The notes below the pieces were generated by a model. That model made no database searches and was not told where the DNA came from. It saw nothing but the letters and a program-made list of their open reading frames with translations. A stretch of DNA of 64,000 nucleotides from NCBI RefSeq assembly GCF_021028975.2, contig NC_059425.1:57412001-57476000 (forward strand), in the 5' to 3' direction. This DNA comes from Sphaerodactylus townsendi. Taxonomy: Eukaryota. Both the position numbers and the translations under genes were made by a program. Shown one piece after another: positions 50,615 through 64,000 of this stretch; positions within the stretch are counted from its first letter, which is position 1; each line of letters begins with the position of its first letter.

Positions 50615-51175
50615 TTTTGGGTGCTAATTAACTAGGTCTTGTTTATCTAAGGAAGGTTTCTTCAAAAAAGGCTTAACAATAGCCTCTTTTAAGGATTTAG
50701 AGAAGCTACTCTGAGAAAGAGATGGGGGGGGAGGGAGGGAGGGAGAGGATGTAATAACCTCCCTCAAAGAGCCCTCTACCACATTCTGGCTAGCTTTCAC
50801 CAACCTGGATGGGTAAGGATCGAAGGAACAAGTCGTTGCTCTCACAGCAGCCAAAATTCTATCAACATCAGTTAGTGAGAGCTGGGGGAAGCAGTTAAGA
50901 AAATGACCAGATATTGCCAACAGAGTCTCCATTACACCATTTGCATCAAAACTGGAAACAACGTCTTCGTGGAACTCAGAGATTTTGTTTGCAAAAAAGC
51001 TTGCAAACATGTCACAGCTGAAAGCCAATCATTTAATGTTTTGGGACTTCTCCTTAGGAGTGGTCATGGTCTGAACTAACCTAAACAACTGAGCTGGACA
51101 TGAACTAGCAGATGCAACAGAAGCAGAGAAGAAAGACTTCTTCATTTCTTTCACTGCCACTTCATAGGCTTTCAA
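50615..51175 (-). mobile_element. L2 LINE ORF2 fragment
   Basis: ORF 50624-51028: FASFFANKI...ATTCSFDPYPSRLVK...LKEAIVKPFLKKPSLD, the L2 pre-RT region. Confidence 0.85.
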
Positions 51176-51488
51176 ACCAGATCCATAAACCAGATCACCG
51201 CCCAGAGCCCCTAGAGGATGGGGCGGTATAAAAGTTTAATAAATAAATAAATAAATAAATAAAATAAAGTGTTCTCAAGGCGAGCATGCTGCCAAACTTG
51301 CTCTAGTCATCTGAATTCTCTCTTCCTCTGCCTGAGCTCCTCAGCAATCCAAGGCCAAAGGAAAAATGGGGATGCAGAGGAGTTAGAGAGCTACCAAGTT
51401 GATAGCCAATTGAAGACTCTCTTAACACCCTGGCTGTATCATTCAGACTTCTGAACTCTTTTCAAGTACACTCTCAAAAAGTAGAAAA

Positions 51489-51638
51489 CCTCATAGGGTT
51501 TTCAAGGCAAGAGATATAGTTTGCCTTCCTCCATGCAGCAACCCTTGGCTTCCTTGATGGACTTACATCCAAGTAAACCAGAATCAATCCTGCTTAGCTT
51601 CCAAGATCTCATGAAATCAGACTAGTCTGGGCCATCCA
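51489..51638 (-). mobile_element. Second copy of the 5S-derived SINE
   Basis: Minus strand reads ...gatcttggaagctaagcagg...tacttggatg... followed by tail tctcttgccttgaaaaccc. Confidence 0.65.
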
Positions 51639-51761
51639 AATCAGGCAGACACGCAGGTGGTAAGCCTCAAATATACAAGGATCCTGGCTAGATCATCAGT
51701 TCTACAATGGAAATCTAAAATGCTCTGGATCTAGCATTAATTTCTTTATTTTTCACTTTAC

Positions 51762-51850
51762 CTGTAGATTACTGTGAGCCTTCCAATTCTGTTTTTTACA
51801 AAAATCCCCATACAGAAAATTCCAAGATGCATGTCATTTCCGTGATTGTC
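51762..51850 (-). CDS. PTPN14: PTPN14 exon (approx. 8; FERM)
   Basis: DNHGNDMHLGIFCMGIFVKNRIGRLTVIY(R). tgtag/gtaaag; 89 nt. Confidence 0.95.
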
Positions 51851-51956
51851 CTACAGAAAAGGAGGAAAATCCAAATGTAATCTTACAACGAAAAATACTA
51901 CTAAGTGAAGAGAAGATTGCAACATTTGGCAACAGCAACTATCACTTTTTTAGATA

Positions 51957-52681
51957 CCGTATATACTCGCATATAAGTCGAATTTTTCAGCTCATTTTTT
52001 GTGCTGAAAAAGCCCCCATCGACTTATATGCGAGTGAGGTGTATTTTAAAAAATATTTTAGGGTTTTTACTTTGTTGGCCGCCAGGGGGTGCAGTTTTTA
52101 GGCTAGCAGCACCAAAATTTCAGGGTATCATCAGGTGACACTCCTGATGATATCAGCCAGGTTTGGTGAAGTTTGGTTTGAGGGGGTCCAAAGTTATGGA
52201 CCCCCAAAGGGAGTGCCCCCATCTCGCATTGTTTTTAGTGGGAGCTAATAGCAGATGGGGCTACCCTTTTGAGGGTCCATAACTTTGGACCCCCTGAACC
52301 AAACTTCACCAAACCTGAGTGGTATCATCAGGAGGGTCTCCTAAAGATACTCTGAAATGTTGGTACTTCTAACACAAACATTCCTCCCCTGACAGGCACC
52401 CTCAATTTTTTCCCAGATTCTCCCTTTAAATCACCCCCCCCCCTTGTGAGTGGATTTAAAGGGAGAATCAGGGCTTACAGAGCTAGTTTACTGTTTCTCT
52501 TTGAAATAAATATTCAAAAACATTTAACCTACTGATCTATTTTTATTTTTGAAATTTACCAGTATTTGCTGCATTTCCCACCCTCGACTTATACGCGAGT
52601 CAATAAGTTTTCCCAGTTTTTTGTGGTAAAATTAGGTGCCTCGGCTTATATGCAGGTCAATTTATACACAAGTATATACGA
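51957..52681. mobile_element. Non-autonomous Tc1/mariner-superfamily (Tc2/pogo-like) transposon
   Basis: TIRs ccgtatatact... / ...agtatatacg(a) with TA on both sides. Closely related to 57593-58552. Confidence 0.85.
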
Positions 52682-54830
52682 TATTAGTGTGGTGTTATGG
52701 TTAGCACACTACTGTAACAGAGACCCAGACTAAACCCCATTCTGCCATGAAACTCACTTGGGTGACCTTGGGACAGTTAGTCTCGCTCTGCCTGACCTAC
52801 ATTATTGGGTGGTTCTGGGAATTAAACTACAAGAGAGAAAACCAAATTTGATGCCCTGGAAGAAGGGTGGGACAGGAACAAAGACAGATGGTGTTACAGT
52901 AATGTATCAGGACAACCTGAGCCAACATTCCATCAGAAGCTCCACAACACTGATAATACAACCCAGATTGCTGACCATATACAGTGTGTTCACGGTATAT
53001 GGTCAGCAATCACTTTTTCTAACTCCATAGAACATTCATTAGTATAATATACCAGAGATATTATATCAGTGCATGGGCTATCACCATGGTTTTAAAAGAA
53101 AACAGCTCTTAAACAATCTCAGCCTATCCTAACACATTCAGTTAAATTCTCACTCTTTACCCTTAACATAATCCCTCCAGTTTGTTTTGCACAGCATTGA
53201 ATTCATTTGGTGAATACCAAACATTACCCACAGTGAAACAAAACTAGAAGATTGTTTATCAAACTAATGAACTGCAGCACAGAACTTTAAATCTTCTGCG
53301 AGCCTTTGATTTCTGTCAGTTGTGTAAAGGCTGGACACAGAAGACCACAATATCTCTGCCTTCCAGTGTACAAGTCATTAACTTTGATGGAGGCTGTCAC
53401 AAGTTCCAGAGTGCAGAGCTAGCTAAATTCTTTCTTTCCTTCTGTCCCTTTGGGCTAATTTGAGAGCTGCCCTGATTCTTTACATCAGCCAAAGCAGACA
53501 CAGGACACTTCTTGAGCTGCAATGTGCCTCAGGGCAGAAACTGAATTGCCAATGGCAGAAAAGGCTACTGAGAAGCTAGATAAGTGCAGCAGCAATGTGT
53601 GTGTGTGGGGGTGGGGTTGAGCATTTATTAAAAAAGAAATCAAAATTCTATATATTTCTACAAACTAGCTGCACAAGTCAATACACACTGTTCAGCCCTC
53701 CCTAGATAAAAAGTACATGAAACATTACAGTAATTAAATGCTTATAATAATTAAAACTGAAGAGACCAAAAGAGAAAAAGGTAGACAAATGAATGATACG
53801 CTTATTTCTTTTGAGGTGTTCACAGTGTTTTAAAATTACTGGTCAAAAGCCACTAATTTCAAACCCACTAAAAGCTCTCAGTGGAAACTTTCCAAAGGAC
53901 ACAAATGCAAGGATTCTGAGGTGCAGCAGAATCAATCCCTTTCCTTTGTAAAGTTGCAAATGGTATTAAGCTCATATTTGAAATGTCAGACTGCAGCTCA
54001 GTGGCAGATCACATGCTATGCATAAAAAAGAGTCTCGTGTTTAAGCCCTATCATCATGGGGTTTAGTCTGTGCTAACTGATGGTTCCTTCTTGCTAAAAT
54101 GGCCCTGTCCTTTGTAAACATTACAACATTGAAAACTGGTTGGGTGGTCTCCAATGACTGGAAAACATACACCATAGAGTGAAAATCTATTTGACATAAA
54201 CATTTACTACACTAAATTTGTGGAGTGCATAACCTTCAAATATTAATACAATGTTTTTATCTCACTAATCTTCCATTGTGGAACTTAAAACAGTTTACAT
54301 GCAACATTCATTAATATTCCCATTAGGTACTGATGAAATGTATGCTTACTTAGATGCTTATATAATAACGATAATAATCATAACGATTATTATTTCAGGT
54401 TTAACAGATAGCAATAGACATTTTCCCTTTAAAATTATTAAAACTGGCCATAGTTTGGATCTCAAAACCTTGCTGGCTAATTTGTGACATTTTAGTGGTC
54501 CTAATAAAAGGAAAACAATTTCTGTGGGTTTGGGATTGCCTTTTTCACCCCAGAAGGAACTGACAGGAATGTTTTTACATTTAATATTTACACTGTCTAT
54601 ACCAGCTGCTTGCATTACAAGATGATATATCAGGAAGGTCAAATCCACCTTCCCTTCCATCCCACACCATATTTTCCTTTTATATGGATTCAAGCACCTG
54701 ATTGTGTATGTGTTTTAAACACATAGAACTGGTGAAATACCTCTGCAGTCTGGTCTAGATGTCTCATATTTCCCTGATGACAATAAACTTTTGAAACGTA
54801 AATGAAATTACAGTCCCCATACTACTTTAC

Positions 54831-54918
54831 CTTCACAGGGAAGCTCTCCTGACCAAAACCATCCAGACGTTCAACTTCACTGATGTAAAGAAATTCTGCT
54901 TCTGCTGCTGGTATGCCA
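54831..54918 (-). CDS. PTPN14: PTPN14 exon (approx. 7; FERM)
   Basis: (S)[29 protein letters not shown]. cgcag/gtaaag; 88 nt. Confidence 0.95.
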
Positions 54919-55137
54919 CTGCGAATGAAAATTAACACACCGGATTGTATAGACAATCAAAGCTTCTAGACAGAGCGCTGGGCCTAAGCCGCTGCTGTAA
55001 GTGGGGCACGGGGGGCACTTGCTCCAGGAGACCATCCCCCCCCCCCCGCAATGCCTCTGATGACAGCCCAGATATGCAAAGACATTAAGGCCCTGTAATC
55101 TTGGCAGCCATTGGCACATTGACATTTTAGGACTCAC

Positions 55138-55208
55138 CTGTGGTTTTTATGTTCCTGAGCTACTTTTTGAGTAAGTTCCTCAAGTATTGCTTCATCTTGA
55201 GTCCAATC
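55138..55208 (-). CDS. PTPN14: PTPN14 exon (approx. 6; FERM)
   Basis: DWTQDEAILEELTQKVAQEHKNH(S). tatag/gtgagt; 71 nt. Confidence 0.95.
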
Positions 55209-57592
55209 CTATAGACATACAAACAACAGTATTGTTTCTAAGTAAGACAAAGAACAGAGGAAGTAAAAATACTTTAATTTTTATAGCTAATGTGGTTTTA
55301 TGTTTGGGTGCAGAAATAAGATTGGCAAACCAAGATGTTTGAGAATTTGACTACATTCCATCTTGTTTTATAACGTTTCATAATGGTGATTTCTGCATTT
55401 CATTCCCCTAATATGGGCCAATATGTCTATTGGACAAGAAGAACTAAAGATGGCTGGATGTGATTTCATAATCATGCCACTCTCATGCATCAGAATTAGA
55501 TTAGCAACAGAAATATGAGGGTCACGAACAAACTGAAAACTTGAGGAAGGAGATACAAGCATATTCAAACAGAGGCAGTGGGTAGCTGTTACAATTTAGC
55601 CTATACTTCCAGAAGACTGAGAGGAGATTTGTTAGAATGCACGGCACCAATTTGGACTGCCTCTGTATATAGAAAGTTAGCTCATGAAGATCAAGGTTGT
55701 AGCTTAGCTCTCAGTTTTCCATTTAAAAGTTTTATTTTTCCTAAGAAGTGGATTAATGATGTGGTTCTCCAGTTGCGGTTCTGAAGTGGTTCAATCCATT
55801 CTGTCACCTCATTCTGCTGCTGGTATAGATCCAGTTGTAGTTCAGAAAAAAATCAATTAGGACCATACAACTGATTTGTACATTCATATACCCATAATCA
55901 GTAAGAAAGAGAGGGTGTCCCCTACATTTAAAATTCTGTAAAGGATATTATGGTATGGTAAATTTCTATATCTAAAGAGTTTTTTAAGGCAATTTCCCCC
56001 CCAAAATACTAACTGCATTCAAGATAGTAGAGTTTATCCTGGACAGTAACAAAATTTTACTACATTGCCCTGTCAGCTTATAAGAGGTTATTGACACTCC
56101 TTCACTAACCTGTCTGTATTACCCAGGCTACATTGAACTGAACAGAACTACAAGTTATACAGAAGAACCTAGGCGCATGTTTTGCAAGGACGGGTACCAG
56201 TTCCTGCTACAAAATATTAAACCAATGCCCCAGGGGACAAGCAAATTGTTCTTCAGCTCAAAATATAACAATTACTGAAATGAAGGGCATTCTAAGAATA
56301 TCATGTTGAATCCTACCATGGAAGCAATTTAGAGTTCATACAGATATAAGAGAGAATGGACCAAGAATGTCAGAAGAATGAAAAGGGGGGGGGGGGCTGA
56401 ATTCTTCTCAGCTACATGCATGTCTGTTGATAGCATCTTAGAATTACGTGATCAAAAGTTTTGCTGTCCATGTTATTTAAAACATGCAATACAATGCACT
56501 CATAATTTCAGCAATTAAAACAAATATGTATATTATGCAACAGTAGGTCATATGTAGCTCTGAGTTTTTCTTTTAAAATAATTTCATACAAATTGTATTT
56601 TTGCTTAATTTCAAAAATGAAAAAGAGAACCTAGCATACTCCCCCCCAAGTGATTACTTCAGAATGCCAGAAGGCTATGTGCATTTGTACCTGACTAAAC
56701 TGTCTTTTTCTTACTGATTAGGGGCCTCCCTGTAATATTTGCTCCTGACAATGAAAAATGTGAATGCCATAACTTGCTAATGAAAAATGGCATTGTACAT
56801 GTCTGCACACAGCTACACACCTGTGAGGTGTTCTTCTGCGTACATAACTTTGTTCTTTTGACTGCTGAAGAAATGCCGTTTGACATATATTGTAACTGCA
56901 CAAGATCAAACAAAGTCCAAGCACAGCAAGCCCCTCACCAGTTCAGAAACTTCTTGGAATAATATTCTTGCCTGCCCTAGGCAAAGCCTCTGGTCCATTC
57001 AGGATTCAGTTAATAAGGCTTATTATTAATGTGGACAATCAACTTATTAACAGTAAACTAGAACTATCCCATTTGGACAGTAAAATGACTTGAAAATACT
57101 GAACACTAAACCACTTTAGTGACTGGGAAACTCCAGTTCATTTAGTCACTAATTTTAGCATTTTAGCTTCACAACCTTCTCATGAAGAAGGTTAAGTTGA
57201 GATAGTTCTGGTCCAAGGATATCCAAGGCTGAACAGAGATTTGATTCTGGGCCCTCCCCTATACTCAAGCCCAACATTCTGTTCACAGAGTTCACTGGAT
57301 GGTCTTGGGTAGGCTACTCTAAAAGAAGGCTGCAATACAAATGTACTCAAAAGAAAAATTGCACCTCTGCTTCTGAAGCATCCTGGGACACATTTTATGT
57401 CTCCTACTGATAATTCTAAGAGCAGTGGGAATCAAATTGTTAAGGGTTCATCATGATCTTAAGCAAAAAAATAAAATGGATAATTCTGCCATATTTACAG
57501 TATACCTCGCTCCATACTATTTGTTCTAATTTATTTAGAAAATTTGCATCCAACCTTTTATAAATAATGCTCATTAGCAGACATAAGATATA

Positions 57593-58552
57593 CCGTATAT
57601 ACTCACATGTAAGTCGAATTTTTCAGCACATTTTTTGTGCTGAAAAAGCCCCCCTCGACTTATACGTGAGTCAGGTGAATTTTTAAAAATATTTTAGGGT
57701 TTTTATTTTGTCGGCCGCCAGGGGGCGCAGTTTTTAGGCTAGTGGCATCAAAATTTCAGGGATTTTTCAAGAGACTCTCCTGATGATACCATCCAAGTTT
57801 GGTGAAGTTTGGTTCAGGGGGTCCAAAGTTATGGACCCTCAAAAGGGGTGCCCCCATCCCCCATTGTTTTCAATGGGAGCTAATAGTAGATGGGGCTACA
57901 TTTTGAGCCAAACTTCACTAAAACTAGGTGGTATCATCAGGATAATATCTTGCCGACACCAGCCAGGTTTGGTGATGTTTGGTTTGAAGGGGTCCAAAGT
58001 TATGGAACCCCAAAGGGGGTGCCCCATCCCCCATTGTTTCCAATGGGAGCTAATAGGAGATGGTGCTACATTTTGAGAGTCCATAACTTTGGGCCCCCTG
58101 AACCAAACTTCACCAAACCTGGGTGGTATCACCAGGAAGGTCTCCTAAAGATACTCTGAAATGTTGGTACTGCTAACATAAACATTCCTCCCCGGGCCAA
58201 AAATCAAGTTTTGAAAGATTTTAACTTTTGTGTTTCAGCTTGGTTGCTAGCTGAGCTAAGGTTTTTGTACTTTTAAAGTTATTGTTGAGACCATATTGTT
58301 CTTGATGACCCTCTTTTCCACTTACAGAGCTAGTTTACTGTTTTTCTTTGAAATAAATATTCAAAAACATTTAACCTACTGATGCCTCAATGTAATTTTA
58401 TTGGTATCTATTTTTATTTTTGAAATTTACCAGTAGCTGCTGCATTTCCCACCCTCGACTTATACGCGAGTCAATAAGTTTTCCCAGTTTTTTGCGGTAA
58501 AATTAGGTGCCTCGGCTTATATGCGGGTCGACTTATACACAAGTATATACGG
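57593..58552. mobile_element. Non-autonomous Tc1/mariner-superfamily (Tc2/pogo-like) transposon, longer copy
   Basis: TIRs ccgtatatact / agtatatacgg, TA TSD (57591-57592, 58553-58554). The internal palindromic module is duplicated. Confidence 0.88.
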
Positions 58553-59175
58553 TACTAACAAATGCTTGGCAGAAGCACATACGAGATCATCCATAGGGAT
58601 GATTCTAGCAGAAGCTGAGACACACAGCTTACTGAGTGGACCCGATTTTACTTCCCAAAAAATCTGTAGCCAAGAATGCACCTTGTTCCTTTCTAGTACA
58701 GAAATTGTAAAAGTCAACCCATATATGAACTTATCCAATTCTGGGTTCAGTTTCTCAATATCGCCTGACTTATGAACTCATGAGATCCCTACACACTGAG
58801 GCACACTATTGGTCCATCTACCTCAGTGTAACATACTCTCTTAGTAATTTTGAAACAATACCTTTCTAACTGAGGTTGGGGAAACCTGGACCTTCTGTTT
58901 GCAAACTAGGTACTCTACCACTGAATTATGGTCCTGTTACTAGGATATGAGGGAACCTTGAGAGCTGACTTTTTATATGTACACATATACAGACTGAGCA
59001 TATGAAAAAAATTATACCTGAGATTATAGTGTTTAGTAACATGAATAAAGTGCTAATTTAGGGGAGAACAACACTAATATTTTATGGTCTGGTTTGTTCC
59101 CACTCCCTAAAACCATAGCCGAGCAACAAGGAGTTGCATAATACTTTTAAAGAAAAGTCACAGGTTTTAGCTTAC

Positions 59176-59243
59176 CATAGGAAACAAAACATATTCCCGG
59201 AGAAAATCATGAGATTCAAAGTGATTGTAATCTCCAAAATCAG
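59176..59243 (-). CDS. PTPN14: PTPN14 exon (approx. 5; FERM)
   Basis: (A)DFGDYNHFESHDFLREYVLFPM. tacag/gtaagc; 68 nt. Confidence 0.95.
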
Positions 59244-59794
59244 CTGTATGGGAGAAGGAAAGAGGAGAAAAAGATTAAATACTACCTCCACAATCAAACC
59301 GGCACCGTTCCGCATTCAGTTAAAAATGACAGCTAAATTTGTGAACTACCAAGGCAAATGGAACCCACCAGCCCAGCCATACGTAGCTGAACCTTACCCT
59401 GATTTACACAGAGTGTAAAGCAGCAGAACTGACAAGTACCTTGGAAAGCCATGATAAATTGGATGGTGGTGTTTGGCTAGATGGGTCACAAGTTCTGGAG
59501 AACATATAATGCCCACTCTGAGAGAAAGCCATTGGCTGAGACAAAGCAATGCAAGTCTTCAGGTAAAGACAAAAAAACTGTGTAACTCTTTTCCTGTTGA
59601 TGTCTACCAATTTCTTGAATTTTCATCCTTCTCAGGAAACATATGCTCTGAGTGAACAAACTGCTTTAGAGGATGGACTCAATGGCATCACATCCCCATT
59701 GAACTCTGCCTCCTCCCCAGACTGCCCTCAAACATTCAGGAACTTCCCACTCCCAAGCAAGCAGCCCTACAAGTAGAAATACTTTGAGAAATAA

Positions 59795-60094
59795 AGAAGA
59801 AGAAGAGTTTGGATTTATATCCCCCCTTTCTCTCCTGCAGGAGACTCAAAGGGGCTTACAATCTCCTTGCCCTTCCCCCCTCACAACAAACACCCTGTGA
59901 GGTAGGTGGGGCTGAGAGAGCTCTGAGAAGCTGTGACTAGCCCAAGGTCACCCAGCTGGCGTGTGTGGGAGTGTACAGGCTAATCTGAATTCCCCAGATA
60001 AGCCTCCACAACTCAGGCAGCAGAGCTGGGAATCAAACCCGGTTCCTCCAGATTAGATACACGAGCTCTTAACCTCCTACGCCACTGCTGCTCC
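59795..60094 (-). mobile_element. tRNA-derived CORE-type SINE (Squam3-like), near full length
   Basis: Minus strand starts GGAGCAGCAGTGGCGTAGGAGG (A box) then GGTTTGATTCCC (B box), with a CORE-like centre and (CTT)n tail. Confidence 0.8.
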
Positions 60095-61410
60095 TAAAGT
60101 CTCATAAAGACTATGGTCAAGCTTTGGTGACTACAGTATGCATTCAATTCATCATAGCACATTAATTTTGTATTTTAATTTCAAAGCTGTGTGCAGAATG
60201 GAGTTGGTAGTCTTTCCTAAGGATGATAATATTGCATTTAAAAGAAGCTCTTTTGTATCTTTTTCTACGCAGCTTAACTTTAAAAGGAATAAAACTGCCC
60301 AAGGGATTTTATTTTAATTGATTCAGATCAAATACTGTCTAAAAGATTGTCACATGCAATATGTTGGAAATTCCCATCGTAAATTATGCTGTTCAAATAT
60401 TGTTGCAAACTCTTAAAGACAGTTTTACACTATTTGGGGGTGCTGAAAATGCCATTTCATTTTGTTTGATCACAAATGTGAAGGAAGCCAAGTAGACTGT
60501 GGAACCAGTAGACTGGGGTTTTATTGTTTTTTGAATGTTTTGTATTGGAAAAGGCACAGTATAAATGTTTTAACAAACAAATAAAAATAACCAAACAGGA
60601 TACTTAACTACAATTCCTCAATGTGAATGGATGGAGTGCTAGACTAGCTAGATCTTTTGCCAGATATAGCACAGGTCATTTTACATAATAAGGAACCATA
60701 CAATTTGTCAGCATTGCAAGATTCATATTCTCTCTCTTTTTTTTTATTACGCAAAGTGGTTGTGTTGTTATCCACATATCCTTTTAATCCTCTCAGAAGC
60801 CCAGTGAGGTAGATTAGGCTGAGACAATGTAACTGGCTCAAGGTATTTCATGTGAATAGGAATTTGAACTTGTGTACCCAAACTCCTTGACACCCTCGCC
60901 ACTATACCACTTTGGCTCTAATTAAAAAAAAAATTGGGACAAAGGTTAGTTATTATTTACTCATTACTCTTTCTTGCTATAAGAGCAAAAAGAATAATGC
61001 CAACAAGATTCAGTATCATTTAATGAAGAAAGAAAACTGATTCAGTTAAGACTTTCTCATACAGAGTTCTTCTTGATTTGAAAACTAAAAATTCAGTGCG
61101 AAGGTTCTCATTTTTAAGTCCCCATTTAGCTACAGAGCAGGAATCCTGAGCTCTTCTGTAGACTGGGATAAAGAGAGAAAAAAGATATTGAATCCTTCCA
61201 AATACAATAGGGACAATTTCTTAGATGTTTAATTCAATATATGTATAACTGTTGTTTCTAAGCAATATGCTACTGCTTTTTAAATCAGTGACTAGTTTCA
61301 TATCAGCTTTCATGCTTAGGAAGTTTTCATTACTAATCTTAGAGTAAATCCCCATTATGGTCTAAGAAACAAATAGAACTAGAAGAAATTAGCAGGTGTG
61401 CTCATCGCAC

Positions 61411-61508
61411 CTTGAACAGCCAATGCAGCTAGCCTTATGCCTTGTTCCAGTGAAGATCGCAATCGCCCATCAAGAACATCTTTTTTTACTTGTAGGTAAT
61501 ACTGATAC
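61411..61508 (-). CDS. PTPN14: PTPN14 exon (approx. 4; FERM); earlier exons lie beyond the window
   Basis: (R)[32 protein letters not shown](A). tgcag/gtgcga; 98 nt. Confidence 0.95.
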
Positions 61509-62214
61509 CTGCAAATAAAAGAAATAGCAAAATTAAACCAACAGGATATCTCCTTTGATATTTTCTCATAGAGCCAACCCCCCCCCCCACCACCACATTG
61601 AGATTTTGTTTCCACACAAACAAGATCTGTATATTTTTATTTTATTTTATTTATTTATTATTCAATTTATACACCGCCCTCCCCCTAAGGGCTCAGGGCG
61701 GTTACAACATGCTCATAATAGATGCCTACTCATGCTAACTGTGCAACATTTGATATAAGGACAACAGATAAACTTCAGTGGCTAGTTTAAGAATCAGAAT
61801 AATACATCCTGCAGTGTTTTAAACCACTGAAATAGCCACTATCATCTTTATTTATGCTGATTTGTTTGCCATCCTCAAGAGGATTCAGATGGCACATAAA
61901 ATATTGAAAACCTGCAAACAATAATAAAATTAAAATATCTGACACCAACATTAATCAATTATTTAAAAATAACAACAGTAACAACAACAATACTCCATAA
62001 AACCAGATTAAAAAGTGAATAATTTACACAACGACCCTCCCAGTTTTTGAAAGGTAGAATAGTGGGGCTTTTCTTAACTTTCACTAGTAAGTTGTTTCAT
62101 CATGTAGAAGGTACAACTGAAAGGCCTTATCAGGGGAAGTAGCAGACGGTACTTTCTGCAGGAAGGGATCTTCAAAAGACCCTTCAAAAATGAACTGAGA
62201 TGATGTAGGCAGGG

Positions 62215-63002
62215 AAGAATAAGAAGAGCTTGTATTTATACCCTGCTTTTCACAAGCATAAGGACTCTCAAAATGGCTTGCTAACTCCTTCCCTCCCCTC
62301 CCCACCTTGTTAGGTAGGTGGAGCTGAGAGAGTTCTGAGAGAGTTCTGACAGAATTGTGACTGGCCCAAGGTCTCCCAGCAGCCTTCATGTGGAGGAGCA
62401 GGGAAACAAATCTGGTTCTCCATAGAATTATAGAGCTGGAAGAGACCACAAGGGCCATCAAGTCCAGACCCCTGCCATACAGGAATACACAATCAAAGTA
62501 CCTTGAGAGATGGCCATCCAGCATCTATTTTAAAACCTCCAAAGGAGGAGTCTCCACCACCCTCCAAGGCAGTGAATTCCACTGTCAAACAGCCCTTACT
62601 GTCAGAAAGTTCTTCCTAATATTTAGGTGGAATCTCTTTTCCTGCACCTTGAACCCATTACTCCTGGTCCTAGTCTCTGGAGCAGCAAAAAATAAGCTTG
62701 CTCCATCTTCAACATGACATCCCTTCAGATATTTAAATATGGTTATCATGACACACACACACACACACACACACACTCAGAGGTGGGATCCAACCAGTTC
62801 TCACCACTTCTCTAGAAGTGGTTACTAATTTTTTCTGAGTGCTGAGAAGGGGTTACTAAAGAAACCTCCCTGCCCAATAGGGACTGGAGGTGCGTGTGTG
62901 CGGTGACGCCACAGTTTGAATCCCACCACCATCAGAACCTGTTTTTAAAATTTTTGGATCCCACCACTGCACACACTCCACCACTATACCACACTGGCTC
63001 TC
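62215..63002 (-). mobile_element. Nested stack: SINE interrupted by a CR1 3' end (62422-62750), (CA)n and a hAT MITE (62778-62969)
   Basis: CR1 ORF2 end IFKYLKGCH...TRSNGFKVQEKRFHLNIRKNFLTVRAV. MITE TIRs cagaggtgggatcc / ggatcccaccactg with TSD CACACACT. The SINE head resumes at ~62978-63002. Confidence 0.8.
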
Positions 63003-64000
63003 AACAGAATATCACAATAGGAGAAGCAGTCATGTAGATATGTGGGTTCCAGGTCATGAAGGGCTGTATGGGTAATATTAGCACCCTGAACTGAACCTAG
63101 AAACCAGAAGTCAATCAAATAATTTCAAAATTTGTGTAATATTATATTTTGCCTTGCTGAGAACAATAAACTGGCTGCAACATTTTGCACAAGCTGAAGG
63201 TTCCAAATCATTTTCAAGGGCAGTCCCATATGGAGCATGTTGCAACAGTTTAATATCAAGGTACTTTGGTACTGATTCATGCAGCCAGAACAATTAGGTC
63301 AAAGTATGCAAAAAACTTCCATGCCAAGTGAAAATGGAGAAATGCTTTTTTCCACACAGATCTCACATCTTTCTCTAGAAACAACACTAAATAAAAAACC
63401 TCACGCCCCACCCTCACACTCAGCGCAGAATGGTGCAGTCATGTCCCAAACAGAGGGAGTGAAATACTATCCAAAGCCACAGCATTACCAACCAGGATTC
63501 ACTTTGTCAGGATTCAATTAAACTTGTTCATCTTTTGTCGCTACACCATAGCACCCAAGCTCTTGCTCAGGATCATAACGGGAGTATCAGGGGGTTTAGA
63601 TCAAGAAAGATGCAGGTGGGTGTCAAAGTATGTTCCTGCATCTGATGTTAATTTACACAGAATTTTTAAAAAGCAGTGTCTGCACCAGCTCTGTTCACAT
63701 AGCCAGGTTCCCATGTTAAAAGCAGGAAAATAGGAAACAGGATTAAAGAAATTTTCCCATATGCTTTCTATACTTCTTGCAGTGATTGCTCCCTCAAGGT
63801 ATTCATATCATTCACTGTTATATCATTTCTCCCTGACCTTTCTCCCAAAACCATCCTTATCCATACATATTTAAGTACAAAACATACACCTAATTTATAA
63901 TAAATATCTATTCATTTTATCAATGAGAAACTTTAAAATTATTTTACTTTAGTATATTTCTGTGTTGTTGCTACTGTAGAATAATAACTATGTCAAGATT

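Noticed and set aside
55812-55826. 15-bp match to the start of PTPN14 exon 7 (IPAAE), suggesting a duplicated mutually exclusive exon
   Set aside because: Similarity ends immediately with a TGA in frame and there are no matching splice sites. It is probably chance.
60020-60094. Possible tRNA gene with A and B boxes
   Set aside because: It is the 5' head of a SINE, followed by a SINE body and (CTT)n tail; no convincing cloverleaf.

Overview
This is eukaryotic, AT-rich vertebrate genomic DNA. The repeat content points to a squamate, probably a gecko: CORE/Squam3-like and 5S-derived SINEs, L2, CR1, RTE, Penelope, DIRS, and hAT and Tc1/mariner MITEs. The window holds two convergent genes. On the + strand are the last five coding exons of SMYD2 (2803-15953, stop at 15951-15953). 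On the - strand are sixteen coding exons of PTPN14 (61508 down to the stop at 23702-23704), covering most of the FERM domain, the PPxY linker and the PTP domain; all splice in frame. Exon numbers follow the human genes from recall. Highlights: (1) a U12-type AT-AC intron in SMYD2 (4640-7215); (2) palindromic Penelope-like insertions in PTPN14 introns carrying minimal hammerhead ribozyme motifs, one with an intact core in the pre-mRNA sense orientation (37108-37148); (3) a one-codon deletion just after the WPD loop of PTPN14; (4) one palindromic internal module carried by both hAT-type and Tc1/mariner-type non-autonomous transposons; (5) a decayed DIRS retrotransposon between the two 3' ends; (6) MITEs carrying ACTACAnnTCCCA motifs. 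No prokaryotic-type system and no unexplained novel protein gene was found. There is an assembly gap at 47424-47569.
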